A stretch of 64,000 nt of DNA from Verrucomicrobiales bacterium. GTDB taxonomy: Bacteria; Verrucomicrobiota; Verrucomicrobiia; Verrucomicrobiales; V1-33. Under the pieces are notes generated by a model, which did no database searches, was not told the DNA's origin, and was given only the letters and a program-made list of their open reading frames with translations. Positions 20,555 through 29,888 of the stretch are shown here, piece by piece. The position numbers and the translations under genes are program-made. Each line of letters begins with the position of its first letter. The stretch's first letter is position 1. The stretch lies in assembly GCA_031411295.1 (NCBI GenBank), contig JANOAV010000041.1, forward strand, positions 29,282 to 93,281, in the 5' to 3' direction.

Positions 20555-21351
20555 TCCAACTTCCGCATCGACCAATCGCCCGCACGGGAATTAGCATCAG
20601 CGCCTTGGGATTAGGCACTGTAAAGTGGGGCCGCAACCAGCAGGTGAAGTATCCCGCCTTCGAACTGCCTGACGATGCCACCCTGCATGAGTTGTTGGAT
20701 ATCGCTGAAGCCGCTGGATTAAATTTACTGGATACCGCTCCTGCTTACGGCGTGGCCGAAGCACGCGTCGGCAAAATTTTGCACGACCGAGGGAACGCAA
20801 ATTTTATCGTCATGACGAAGACTGGCGAGGAGTTCATCGATGGCGCATCGCACTATCATTTCACCAAGAAGCACACCGAAGCGAGTATTCACCGCAGCCT
20901 GCGACGCCTGAATGCACTTGCGTTGGATCTGGTCATGATTCATTGCGCGGCGGATGATCTCAGCGTGCTCAATGATACCCCCGTCCTGGAAACATTGGCT
21001 AACCTGCGGGATCAAGGCCTGCTCCGCGCCATCGGCGTCTCCACCATGACGGTGGCGGGGGGCTTGCGCGCGGTGGAACTGGTCGATGCGGTGATGGTGC
21101 CATTCAGCATCGGCTATCAAGATCACCTCCCGGTCATTCAAAAAGCGCACAGTTTAAACAAAGCCGTGCTCGTGAAGCGCGCGCTCTACTCCGGTCCCGC
21201 TGCCGAGAGCAAACTTCCGCTCACCGATCTCCTGACCCCAGTGTTGCAAACACCCGGCGTTACTGCCGTGATGGCGGGAACGATCAACCCCAAACATCTG
21301 CAAGAGAACTTGGATTCGGCTAGAGACGCCTGCGCCGAACGGTCACTCTAA
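20551..21351 (+). CDS. Aldo/keto reductase
   Basis: ISALGLGTVKWGR, LLDTAPAYGVAE, SLRRL...LDLVMIH; ATGA overlap with the upstream gene. Confidence 0.88.
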   Translation: MIQLPHRPIARTGISISALGLGTVKWGRNQQVKYPAFELPDDATLHELLDIAEAAGLNLLDTAPAYGVAEARVGKILHDRGNANFIVMTKTGEEFIDGASHYHFTKKHTEASIHRSLRRLNALALDLVMIHCAADDLSVLNDTPVLETLANLRDQGLLRAIGVSTMTVAGGLRAVELVDAVMVPFSIGYQDHLPVIQKAHSLNKAVLVKRALYSGPAAESKLPLTDLLTPVLQTPGVTAVMAGTINPKHLQENLDSARDACAERSL

Positions 21352-22474
21352 ACAAATTTCCTTCACGATCATCTACCAAATCGATGTCCGGATAAGCCTT
21401 CAGAGCGCGCAGGACACCACTCCCCAGTCCGCGATACGGCAAGAGTTTTGAAGCAAAGGAAGCGAGGATAGGATTGCGGATATTGGAGTTCCCCGCTTTC
21501 ACATTAGCCACTGTAAGATTGTTTGGCAGATGACCAGGGCTGATGATTTCCACCCGGTCAGAAAATACCAAGAGGCGAATGGGTGCCGATACGAAGTAGT
21601 TTCGATGTATCAGTGCGTTGGCGATCAGTTCCTCCCAGACGATCCGAGGCACTTCCAAACCACCAGTGGAATTCACCCCGTGGGCACCCTGTGGCTTCCC
21701 GATATTCGCTAGGACGAAGCCCAAGCATTGCTGGAATATGTCAGCCAGTCGTCCCTTGATATCACGGCTATCAAGATAACTCTCACTGGCGATATCGTCG
21801 CCAGGGAATGCCACCGCCTTGACGATGAAGGCTGGCAGACGCACTTCAGGCTTGTTTGCGAATAGCAGCGCTCCGGCCAGGTTGAGTGTCCCGGCCTTTG
21901 CTAAATTCATGTTCTCCAGTAGTTGCGGTAGCGGCACGGTTTGATCCTCCAATTTCTCGCTATATTCATGCTCGAAGAATTTCTCGAAGTAGTCCATAGC
22001 CACATCGCCAGCGCCCACGCCAATTACTGGAGTTTCGTCCGCATGAACAAGGCTGGCGGACTGAAACATACGCTGAATCTCTTCACGCGAGGTTGCAGGT
22101 TGTTTGTTTGCTCCGCTCTTCACCCAAATCACGCCATTCTTATCCATGTAAGGCTTGCTGACGCCGTCAGGGATTGTCACCACCATGACCAATCCATCGG
22201 GATGCCCCACATTCTCTGTTATCGGATTAACCGGAGGTCGAACATTCTGTGCGCAAACATTGGCTACCAAATTGTTGAGACGAGCAAGCGATGGCGCAGT
22301 AAGACCAGAAACTTGATTGTCGTCCGTGACTCCAATGAATAGCGCTCCTCCTCCAGAGTTGCTGAAAGCTACGATCTCAGAAGCCAGTTTATCCGGATTA
22401 TTGAAATCAGCCTTAAACTGATGGCGGCTGTCTTCACCACGGCTGATTATTTCGATGAGTTCTGAGACTTCCAT
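21320..22474 (-). CDS. AlbA_2 (Schlafen-like) domain plus HATPase_c_4 (RecG-C-like) protein
   Basis: GEDSRHQFK, IVAFSNSGGGALFIGVTD; WEELIANALIHRNY, DRVEIISPGHLP, RNPILA, YRGLGSG. Confidence 0.88.
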   Translation of the reverse strand: MEVSELIEIISRGEDSRHQFKADFNNPDKLASEIVAFSNSGGGALFIGVTDDNQVSGLTAPSLARLNNLVANVCAQNVRPPVNPITENVGHPDGLVMVVTIPDGVSKPYMDKNGVIWVKSGANKQPATSREEIQRMFQSASLVHADETPVIGVGAGDVAMDYFEKFFEHEYSEKLEDQTVPLPQLLENMNLAKAGTLNLAGALLFANKPEVRLPAFIVKAVAFPGDDIASESYLDSRDIKGRLADIFQQCLGFVLANIGKPQGAHGVNSTGGLEVPRIVWEELIANALIHRNYFVSAPIRLLVFSDRVEIISPGHLPNNLTVANVKAGNSNIRNPILASFASKLLPYRGLGSGVLRALKAYPDIDLVDDREGNLFRVTVRRRRL

Positions 22475-25125
22475 TGGTTGTAAACTTCCTTACGTTTGTT
22501 GAAGGCGGCTTCGCCACCTTCCATGATATTGATGATCTCGGTCTGGATTTCCTTGCGGTCGATGCTGCCACTCTGGACCAGAATGGTGTCATCTTGATAG
22601 CTGCAGGCGTGCACTTGCTCCGCATCTCCCAGCACTGGGAAATTTGCGTTATGGGTGGCAAAGATGAACTGGGTGCAGGGTTTCATCTCGCGGATGAGCT
22701 GGATCACGTCCTCATAGATGGTCTGATTGTCCAGATCGTCCTCTGGCTGATCAATAATAACAACGTCGTGTTCCCGCTGACTTAGGACATGGAGCATCAA
22801 GGCGGATGCCCGTTGTCCAAGAGAATGGTGTTTTAGTTCTTTTCCGCGATACCGAATCAGGAACGAATTGGGCACTTGGAAGGTAAGGAAGTCCGCCAGA
22901 TTTTGGAGGAGCGTTTTCTCAAATACATCTGGGGTGCTTCCCGCCTTAGATTTGGCGATCTCAAGCTCTCGAAACAATCCGCCAAAATCTGCATAATCAG
23001 TCATAACATTCCTCAGAGTTGCCTCGCGGATATTACTTCCACGGAACATTTGCTGCATGAATCCCAGCGCGGTTTCTTTGCTGCCTTTGAATTCTGCCTC
23101 TATGTCCAATGCTGCTTCGTGGGCGTTCACCCGATCCAGCTCAGCCTTGATGACCCTGAACTCCTCCAACCATAGATCGTTGAGTGCGCTTACTGCGGTC
23201 AGTAGAGCCTGATAAACGGTATCCATCTGCTTTTCCTGCTTGGTCAACAGCTCTAGCATTTGCTCAGCCTTTGTCTTGCGTTGTTGCTGTTGGAGGAAGT
23301 CGTCGGATTGAATCGAGGTGGAGCTGGCTCCAGTCTGTTTTAACTCCTGAGCTAACTGCCTCTCAATGAGGGCAAACTCGTCCTGCAATCCAGCACGTCG
23401 TTGTTCAAAACCCGCTTGCTTCAGATCCAACTTGTTAGCCAAACTGCGGCTACTCGTAGCGATCTCTTTTAGTTTTTCAAGATCCGCTAGCAGGGAAGTA
23501 TATTCGGAAAAATACTCTGCAAAAAAGTCGGCGTTGGCCTCGGACGCTCTGTAAACCGGAGCATTCTTCAGATCATCCTCATGCTCAGCAATGAACGATT
23601 CAAGTCCTTCGATAAAAGTGCCAACCTGATGGCGGACTCGCGTTAGCGCGTTGCTGTCGTGCTGGAAGCCGACCCGCTTTTGGAGTTTTTCGGCAAGGCC
23701 GAACTTGGCAAACTGCTCCAACCGAAAGGTGGCATCTGCAAGCTGGGCAGCATAGTCCTGTTTTTGCTCCGCCGTATTACTCAGCTTCTGAAACCGCATC
23801 ACTGCTTCACGCACAGTCTGCCTTTGGATTTCGATCCTGCTGCGAAGCGGACGCAATTTATCACCAACCAACTTTTCCACTAAATCGGTTTCAAAGCCAT
23901 CTCCGGTGCTGGAAAGATCCTTTTGACCAAAGTAAATGGGTTGGCGCAGCACTGTCTCGCGGATGGAAACTCCTGGTTGGAGTTTCCCGTGGAGATGAAC
24001 GCTAGGTGACTCACGAAAGATGCGGGAGACGGAAAACTCTTGCCCATAGGCATCACGCGCGACGATCGTGGCCTTGCCGCCACTGCCGAAGGTATGTTTG
24101 ACGAGATCATCCTTGTAATTGGTATCCAGTGCTTTGTTGCCACGCGGAATGTCAAAGACATACCTGATTGCCTCCAACACCGAAGATTTACCGCTGCCGC
24201 GGATGCCAATGAGTGCGTTCAACTCTGGAGAAAATTTCAGAGTTTGGCCGTTGAGCCCACCGCCCTCGAAGTGAATGCTGCAAATGTGGGAGTTTCTGTG
24301 GGTAGGTAGTTCAGAGGCAACTCTAGCGGGATAATCCGATAGCGCGAACTTCAACGCCTCGAAGCCCAACTCACCTAATTTGAGGTAACATGGGCGGCCT
24401 TTGCCCACGTCCCCAAGGCACTTTGGATCGCTTCCCTCCACCTCTGCGGGATACCAGCCACCTAAAGCCTGTCTTACCTTCGCACGACAAGGCGTTTCGG
24501 CTTTGTCAGTTTTATGGTAAGATCTCACCTTCTGGAATCCCAGCGTGCGCGCCCGCAACGCATCGTAGCGCGATTGTTTCCAGTCACCAAGTTTCCCGAT
24601 CCCCATTTCGGCCCAGAGCCCTTTGGAATCTTCGACATGAGCAAAGACAAGAAAATAGTCCAGCGAAAGCTGATCCAGTGCATCGACAACTTGCAGGAGT
24701 GTTTTGTCACTGCGCCCATCTTCGTGCTCATATTCAGCAGGAGTCTTGCCTGGAAACACGGTTCCCAGAAAAGGGTTCAATCGATCTTTCCCCTCCTCAA
24801 TCCAACGATCTGAGAAAATAATGAGCACATGCACCCCGGCGTATCCATCGTTCACAGACAACTCGATGCCCGGCAGCAGCGAGATTTCCCGTTTCCTTGC
24901 TTTGGCGCGGAGGGCTTTGAATTCCTCAAAATCGAACTTATTGTGATTGGCGATAACACCAAGTCGAATGCCTGCCAGTTCCAGCGCGTCCACATAAGCA
25001 CCACAAAATGCATTCGCCTCGCCTGCATACTCGAATTGCTTGTCGGCCTTGGTATGAAGGTGCAGGTCCGCCCGGACCCAAGTTGAGCCGTATGAAAAAA
25101 TGGAGGAAATTGGCGTTGTGCTCAT
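22447..25125 (-). CDS. PHP-domain plus SMC/ABC-type ATPase fusion (TrlF/Ppl-like)
   Basis: PHP motifs RADLHLHT, IANHN, PGIEL, GVHVL, FAHVE, GSD; Walker A GIRGSGKS; coiled coil; signature SLGQR; Walker B IIDQPEDDLD; ATHN. Confidence 0.88.
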   Translation of the reverse strand: MSTTPISSIFSYGSTWVRADLHLHTKADKQFEYAGEANAFCGAYVDALELAGIRLGVIANHNKFDFEEFKALRAKARKREISLLPGIELSVNDGYAGVHVLIIFSDRWIEEGKDRLNPFLGTVFPGKTPAEYEHEDGRSDKTLLQVVDALDQLSLDYFLVFAHVEDSKGLWAEMGIGKLGDWKQSRYDALRARTLGFQKVRSYHKTDKAETPCRAKVRQALGGWYPAEVEGSDPKCLGDVGKGRPCYLKLGELGFEALKFALSDYPARVASELPTHRNSHICSIHFEGGGLNGQTLKFSPELNALIGIRGSGKSSVLEAIRYVFDIPRGNKALDTNYKDDLVKHTFGSGGKATIVARDAYGQEFSVSRIFRESPSVHLHGKLQPGVSIRETVLRQPIYFGQKDLSSTGDGFETDLVEKLVGDKLRPLRSRIEIQRQTVREAVMRFQKLSNTAEQKQDYAAQLADATFRLEQFAKFGLAEKLQKRVGFQHDSNALTRVRHQVGTFIEGLESFIAEHEDDLKNAPVYRASEANADFFAEYFSEYTSLLADLEKLKEIATSSRSLANKLDLKQAGFEQRRAGLQDEFALIERQLAQELKQTGASSTSIQSDDFLQQQQRKTKAEQMLELLTKQEKQMDTVYQALLTAVSALNDLWLEEFRVIKAELDRVNAHEAALDIEAEFKGSKETALGFMQQMFRGSNIREATLRNVMTDYADFGGLFRELEIAKSKAGSTPDVFEKTLLQNLADFLTFQVPNSFLIRYRGKELKHHSLGQRASALMLHVLSQREHDVVIIDQPEDDLDNQTIYEDVIQLIREMKPCTQFIFATHNANFPVLGDAEQVHACSYQDDTILVQSGSIDRKEIQTEIINIMEGGEAAFNKRKEVYNQWKSQNSSK

Positions 25126-25308
25126 GCGTTGGCGATTACCTTTCAGAAGCGGGGGTGGTCAAAAGAGTCGCGACTGGCGAACAATGATTCATCTGCCATA
25201 TTCAATAGAATCCGCAAGTGGGAACAGATCGTTACGTCAGTGGTTCACTCCTTGCCGCCTCACATTCCCGCTTGAGTTGATCTTATTTCCCAGCCTTAGG
25301 TTCCACTT

Positions 25309-26469
25309 ATGTTCCGCCTCGCCCTTAAAATGCTCTTTGGAGATCATGGGAAATACCTCATGCTCATCTCCGGGCTAACGTTTGCCTCACTGTTGATGAT
25401 TCAGCAGGCGGGAGTCTTTTGCGGGCTCATGAGTTGGACGTTTGCCAGCTTGGAAAACATGCGTGCTCCCATCTGGGTCACGGACGCCAAGCTGGAGCAG
25501 GTGAATGACAACAAGCCGCTGCGCGACACTGATGTCTTCCGGGTGCGCTCCGTGGACGGTGTCGCCTGGAGTGCGGCCCTGTATCAAGGAAATTTACAGG
25601 CCCGGCAAATTGATGGCACGTTCAAACAGATCCAGCTCGTCGGCATTGATGCCACCACGTTTGCCGGAGCCCCCACGGAAATGTTGGAAGGGAACCTCGA
25701 AGATCTTCGCTTACCCAACACGGTTATCATTGACGACTTTGGACGTGATCGGCTCGCAGAAGGGCTGCCGCCCAAGCCGGGCGATACCAAGTCCCGCGTG
25801 CACCTGGGGGATGTCTTCGAACTCAATGATCGCGAGGCGCGTGTCGTCGGCATTTGTAAATCCGCCCGCAGCTTCATGGGCACGCCCTATGTCTTCACGA
25901 CCTATGATCGCGCGCTGGGATATGCCCCACCGCAACGCAAGATGATGAGCTTTGTGATCGCTGCGCCACTGCCAGGCTACGATGCCGCCACGGTGGCCAG
26001 ACGCATTACCCAGGACACTGGACTGCGTGCCGTCACGGAAGCGGAATTTAAAAATTCCACCATTTGGTGGTATGTGCGGAACACCGGCATCCCCATTTCC
26101 TTCGGCACCACCGTGGTGCTTGGGGTAATCGTGGGCATGGCCATTGCCGGACAAACCTTCTACACTTTTGTGCTCGAAAATCTCAAACATCTCGGAGCCC
26201 TCAAGGCCATGGGCACCAGCAATGCCAAGCTCTGCGGCATGTTGATGCTGCAATCATTTTCCGTGGGTGCGATTGGATTTGGCTTGGGATGTCTGATGAC
26301 CTTCTTCTTCGCGCTGGGCACGTTGAAGAAACAGCAGCCACCATTTTACCTGCCGTGGCAAGTGCCGCTGGGGGTCTTAGTCGTCATCATGGGCATCTGT
26401 CTCTTCGCTGCCTTGCTTGGCATTATCAAAGTCGCCCGTTTGGAACCTGCCATCGTCTTCCGCACATGA
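25309..26469 (+). CDS. ABC transporter permease (DevC/FtsX-MacB type)
   Basis: N-terminal TM, periplasmic loop, GALKAMG motif, three C-terminal TMs. Confidence 0.88.
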   Translation: MFRLALKMLFGDHGKYLMLISGLTFASLLMIQQAGVFCGLMSWTFASLENMRAPIWVTDAKLEQVNDNKPLRDTDVFRVRSVDGVAWSAALYQGNLQARQIDGTFKQIQLVGIDATTFAGAPTEMLEGNLEDLRLPNTVIIDDFGRDRLAEGLPPKPGDTKSRVHLGDVFELNDREARVVGICKSARSFMGTPYVFTTYDRALGYAPPQRKMMSFVIAAPLPGYDAATVARRITQDTGLRAVTEAEFKNSTIWWYVRNTGIPISFGTTVVLGVIVGMAIAGQTFYTFVLENLKHLGALKAMGTSNAKLCGMLMLQSFSVGAIGFGLGCLMTFFFALGTLKKQQPPFYLPWQVPLGVLVVIMGICLFAALLGIIKVARLEPAIVFRT

Positions 26470-27212
26470 TCGCTCCCCCACCCCAGCCGCAGATCGCAGC
26501 CCGCGTTACCGATCTGGATAAATCATTCGGAGCCACCGACTCCTATGTTCACGTGCTCAAGGGCTCCACGTTGAATGCCTACCTGGGAGAAATGCTGTTG
26601 CTCATCGGTCCATCTGGTTGCGGCAAGACCACCCTGCTCAGCATTCTCTGCGGCACGCTGAAGCCAGACGCGGGTGAAGTTCTGGTGTTTGATCAACCTC
26701 TGCACACGATGAAAAACACCGCCATTACGAAATTCCGCGCGCAGAACATCGGTTTCGTCTTTCAGCAATTCAACCTGATTCCCACGCTGACGATCACGGA
26801 AAATGTTGCGGTGCCTCTGCTGATCAATGGCTGGTCCACCAGCAAAGCCGAGGCGGCCGCACGTGCCATGTTGGAACGGGTTGGACTGGGGGACCGCCAT
26901 AAGGTGAAGCCTGGAAAGCTCTCCGGTGGCCAGCAACAGCGTGTCGCCATCGCCCGCGCCCTGGTCCACAATCCAAGATTACTGGTCTGTGATGAACCCA
27001 CCTCCGCCCTCGACAAGGACACTGGAATGCACATCATGGAATTGATTCGCGAGATCACCACAGATGCGAATCGTGCCGTTATTATCGTGACGCATGATCC
27101 CCGGGTGTATCGCTTTGCTGATCGCATTTCCGAAATGGAAGATGGGCGCATCATTCAAGAAACCACGGGCAAGGCCGACATCAAAGCCCGTTACCTCAGC
27201 GACCATCATTGA
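26466..27212 (+). CDS. ABC transporter ATP-binding protein (LolD/DevA type)
   Basis: GPSGCGKT, LSGGQQQRVAIARAL, LLVCDEPT, VTHD; ATG overlaps the permease stop. Confidence 0.92.
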   Translation: MIAPPPQPQIAARVTDLDKSFGATDSYVHVLKGSTLNAYLGEMLLLIGPSGCGKTTLLSILCGTLKPDAGEVLVFDQPLHTMKNTAITKFRAQNIGFVFQQFNLIPTLTITENVAVPLLINGWSTSKAEAAARAMLERVGLGDRHKVKPGKLSGGQQQRVAIARALVHNPRLLVCDEPTSALDKDTGMHIMELIREITTDANRAVIIVTHDPRVYRFADRISEMEDGRIIQETTGKADIKARYLSDHH

Positions 27213-27877
27213 AGAAATCATCGAAACAACGACCACTCTCACAAACGTGGTATCCTTTCCTCGTGGTCTGCCTGGTGATCCTGTTGCTGATCCTGTGGCA
27301 GCGCCAACGTGAATGGCCGCCCACCACTTCCCAGGATCCTGCGCAGACTTCTCAGAGGCCTGATGCGCGCCAGCACCAGTGGGAAACATTCAGTGAGTGC
27401 CGCCTCTTGCCAGCACGATCCAATGATGGCGACAGCTTTCTGGTCCAGCATGGTGACAAGCAAAATACTTTCCGACTCTACTTTGTAGATTGCCCGGAAA
27501 AGGAGTTCAGTGACTTCAATCAAAAACGGTTAATCGACCAAGCGGAGTATTTCAATTTAGCGACCCCGCAAGCTGCAAGTCAGGTGGGAAAGGCCGCTGC
27601 TGAGTTCACTCTAGACCTCCTCCAACGTCCCTTCACCGTCGTCACAAAATGGGAACGCGTCTACGATTCCAAGAGATTCTATGCGCAAATTATCGTTAGG
27701 GCCAATGACGGCAGTAAGCAAAATTTGTCAGAATTGCTCATCCAACACGGCTATGCGCGCATCTTTACCAAGGGCGCGCACTTGCCAGGACAAGCCAGTG
27801 AAGCGGATTTTACCAAACACTTACGCGCCATGGAAACAGCCTCCAAGGAGGAACGTAGAGGCGCTTGGAATCATTGA
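27209..27877 (+). CDS. Membrane-anchored thermonuclease (SNase) family protein
   Basis: N-terminal TM; NDGDSF, FRLYFVDCPE, NLSELLIQHGYAR, AS..RRGAW. Confidence 0.8.
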   Translation: MKKSSKQRPLSQTWYPFLVVCLVILLLILWQRQREWPPTTSQDPAQTSQRPDARQHQWETFSECRLLPARSNDGDSFLVQHGDKQNTFRLYFVDCPEKEFSDFNQKRLIDQAEYFNLATPQAASQVGKAAAEFTLDLLQRPFTVVTKWERVYDSKRFYAQIIVRANDGSKQNLSELLIQHGYARIFTKGAHLPGQASEADFTKHLRAMETASKEERRGAWNH

Positions 27878-27977
27878 ACCTGAGCTATCACGATGCGCAA
27901 ATCATCGTGCTCACTGAGAGGTTCTAGTGCACTTGATTGCTTCGTTGAAAAAATTTTCATTTAAATTAACAATTTTC

Positions 27978-28000
27978 TTGACCATACTACTGAGGTAGTA
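27978..28000 (+). promoter_or_regulatory. -35 element plus BlaI/MecI-type palindromic operator
   Basis: TTGACC at 27978-83 followed by the perfect palindrome TACTAC-tgag-GTAGTA (27985-28000). Confidence 0.65.
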
Positions 28001-28072
28001 GTAACAGTAGGCACGATAAATCCGAGCCGCACTCACTCATCGATCCATCAATCATCACTTCGCAGTGCATTC

Positions 28073-28681
28073 ATGAAAATCGCCACTCCAACCAATTTGG
28101 AACTCCAAGCACTCACAGTCCTGTGGGCACTTGGTGAGGCGACCGTTCGTGAAGTGTGGGAAAGTTTTCCTGATGGAAAAGAGCGGGCTTACACAACTAT
28201 CCTGACGATCTTACAAAACTTGGAGCGGAAAGGTCTCGTCCGCAAAAAGGTTAAGGATCGCACCAACATTTACATCCCCAAAGGAAAAAAGGGATTAACC
28301 CTGCGCCCGTTCCTCCGCGGAATTGTGCAGCGTTTATTCCAAGGCAGACCTTCGGCCCTCATTGCAGAGGTGCTGTCCGAAGTCCGCCTGACTGCCGGGG
28401 AAGTTAAAGCTGTCGCTCGATTACTCTCCCAACAAAGGGTTGGGAGGGTGCTGGGCGCTAAACCAAAAACAACAACAGAAAAGGAAAACAATACCATGGC
28501 CGCTAAGAAGAAAGCACCCGCAAAGAAAGCCGCAGCCAAAAAGGCCGCACCCGCCAAAAAGGCCGCCGCCAAGAAAGCCGCTCCTGCAAAGAAAGCCGCT
28601 AAAAAGGCAGTGAAAAAGGCCGCCAAGAAAAAGGCCGCAGTCAAGAAGGTCGCCACTAAGAAGGCAGCGAAGAAGAAGTAG
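28073..28681 (+). CDS. BlaI/MecI/CopY-family repressor fused to a histone-H1-like Lys/Ala tail
   Basis: ELQALTVLWALGEATVREV...AYTTILTILQNLERKGLV; tail AAKKKAPAKKAAAKK... Confidence 0.85.
   Translation: MKIATPTNLELQALTVLWALGEATVREVWESFPDGKERAYTTILTILQNLERKGLVRKKVKDRTNIYIPKGKKGLTLRPFLRGIVQRLFQGRPSALIAEVLSEVRLTAGEVKAVARLLSQQRVGRVLGAKPKTTTEKENNTMAAKKKAPAKKAAAKKAAPAKKAAAKKAAPAKKAAKKAVKKAAKKKAAVKKVATKKAAKKK
28496..28681 (+). CDS. Nested in-frame histone-H1-like protein (61 aa)
   Basis: A-rich leader aacaacagaaAAGGAaaacaataccATG immediately precedes MAAKKKAPAKK. Confidence 0.6.
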   Translation: MAAKKKAPAKKAAAKKAAPAKKAAAKKAAPAKKAAKKAVKKAAKKKAAVKKVATKKAAKKK

Positions 28682-28793
28682 TCCGTTGTCTTCGGACAAA
28701 CTCTACTAATTCATCCTCGTCTGTCTCCTATGGCAGGCCTCCTCGACCAGAGACACCACTGGGCTTGGCACTAACCCGCCTCCCAGAACGAAG

Positions 28794-28827
28794 AGCCCGG
28801 AGAGCTGCAACGCTTTCCGGGCTTTTT
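28794..28827 (+). terminator. Intrinsic terminator
   Basis: AGCCCGGAGAGC-tgcaac-GCTTTCCGGGCT followed by TTTT. Confidence 0.75.
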
Positions 28828-28915
28828 CGTGCCCACATCATGTGAGTTGTGATCTCGCAATTATTGGATATGGTGCCGGGACAGGAAGATTCCCCTGCCA
28901 TTCCCATTTAGCTTT

Positions 28916-29863
28916 ATGCCTGTTGCCTTCAAAGATTATTACGAAACGCTCGGCGTGGCGCGCACCGCCACCGAAACGGAGATCAAGAAAGCCTTCCGCA
29001 AGTTGGCCCTTAAGTATCATCCGGATACCGCCAAGGATAAGGCTGGAGCGGAGGCGAAGTTCCGTGAGGTAAATGAAGCCTATCAAGTTCTCAGTGATCC
29101 CGAGAATCGTCAGAAATACGACCGCTTGGGGGCCCACTGGCAGGAACCCGAAGGGAACCATGCCACGGGATCATCCCATGACGCCTCTGATGATCAGGCC
29201 TTCCACTTTGGCGGCACCGGCTACAGCGATTTCTTTGAACAATTCTTCAGTGGCGGAACTCGCTACGGCGTGCCGGGCGAGGGTCCCAGCCCTCGCAGCA
29301 CCACGGGTGCGCGGCGTGGTAGTGACATCGAAGGTGATCTCTTGGTCAGGTTGGAGGAAGCGATGCACGGCACGACGCGTCCCATTTCCATGCAAATGGT
29401 GAATCGCCTAACTGGCAAGGTGGAGACGCACACGTTCCAAGTGCGGATCCCTCCCGGAGCTACCGATGGCCGTCGTATCCGGGTTCCAGAGCAAGGCGAA
29501 CCAGGCTATGGCGGGGGCCCCGCAGGAGATCTCTACCTGCGTGTGCGTCATGCCGCACATCCTCAATTTACCAGCCAGGGAGCGGACATCGTCCATGAAC
29601 TTGACATCGCACCATGGGAAGCCGTTTTGGGTAGCGAGATTCAAGTCCTCACGTTGGATGGAACCATCAAATTGCGCATTCCCGCTGGTGCCGAGAATGG
29701 CCAGCAATTGCGGGCCCGTGGTCGTGGCCTCCCCAAGGGCAAGACAGGTGAACGCGGGGATTTCTATGTGAAACTCAACCTCGTCACTCCAACCACCATG
29801 ACCGCTGAGGAAACCGCACTCTGGGAACAACTGCGCAACATCTCCACTTTCCGTCCCCGCTGA
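28916..29863 (+). CDS. cbpA: DnaJ-class curved-DNA-binding co-chaperone
   Basis: J-domain KDYYETLGV..KYHPD; no Zn finger; DnaJ_C region with APWEAVLG; cbpM follows. Confidence 0.85.
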   Translation: MPVAFKDYYETLGVARTATETEIKKAFRKLALKYHPDTAKDKAGAEAKFREVNEAYQVLSDPENRQKYDRLGAHWQEPEGNHATGSSHDASDDQAFHFGGTGYSDFFEQFFSGGTRYGVPGEGPSPRSTTGARRGSDIEGDLLVRLEEAMHGTTRPISMQMVNRLTGKVETHTFQVRIPPGATDGRRIRVPEQGEPGYGGGPAGDLYLRVRHAAHPQFTSQGADIVHELDIAPWEAVLGSEIQVLTLDGTIKLRIPAGAENGQQLRARGRGLPKGKTGERGDFYVKLNLVTPTTMTAEETALWEQLRNISTFRPR

Positions 29864-29888
29864 TTCCAACCTCGAAACCATCACTTCC

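Noticed and set aside
26064..26465. N-terminal extension of the ABC ATPase ORF
   Set aside because: It overlaps the permease out of frame; the ATGA-coupled start at 26466 is more plausible.
28270..28656. Hydrophobic AAFFA-repeat minus-strand ORF
   Set aside because: Mirror of the Lys/Ala codons of the histone-like tail.
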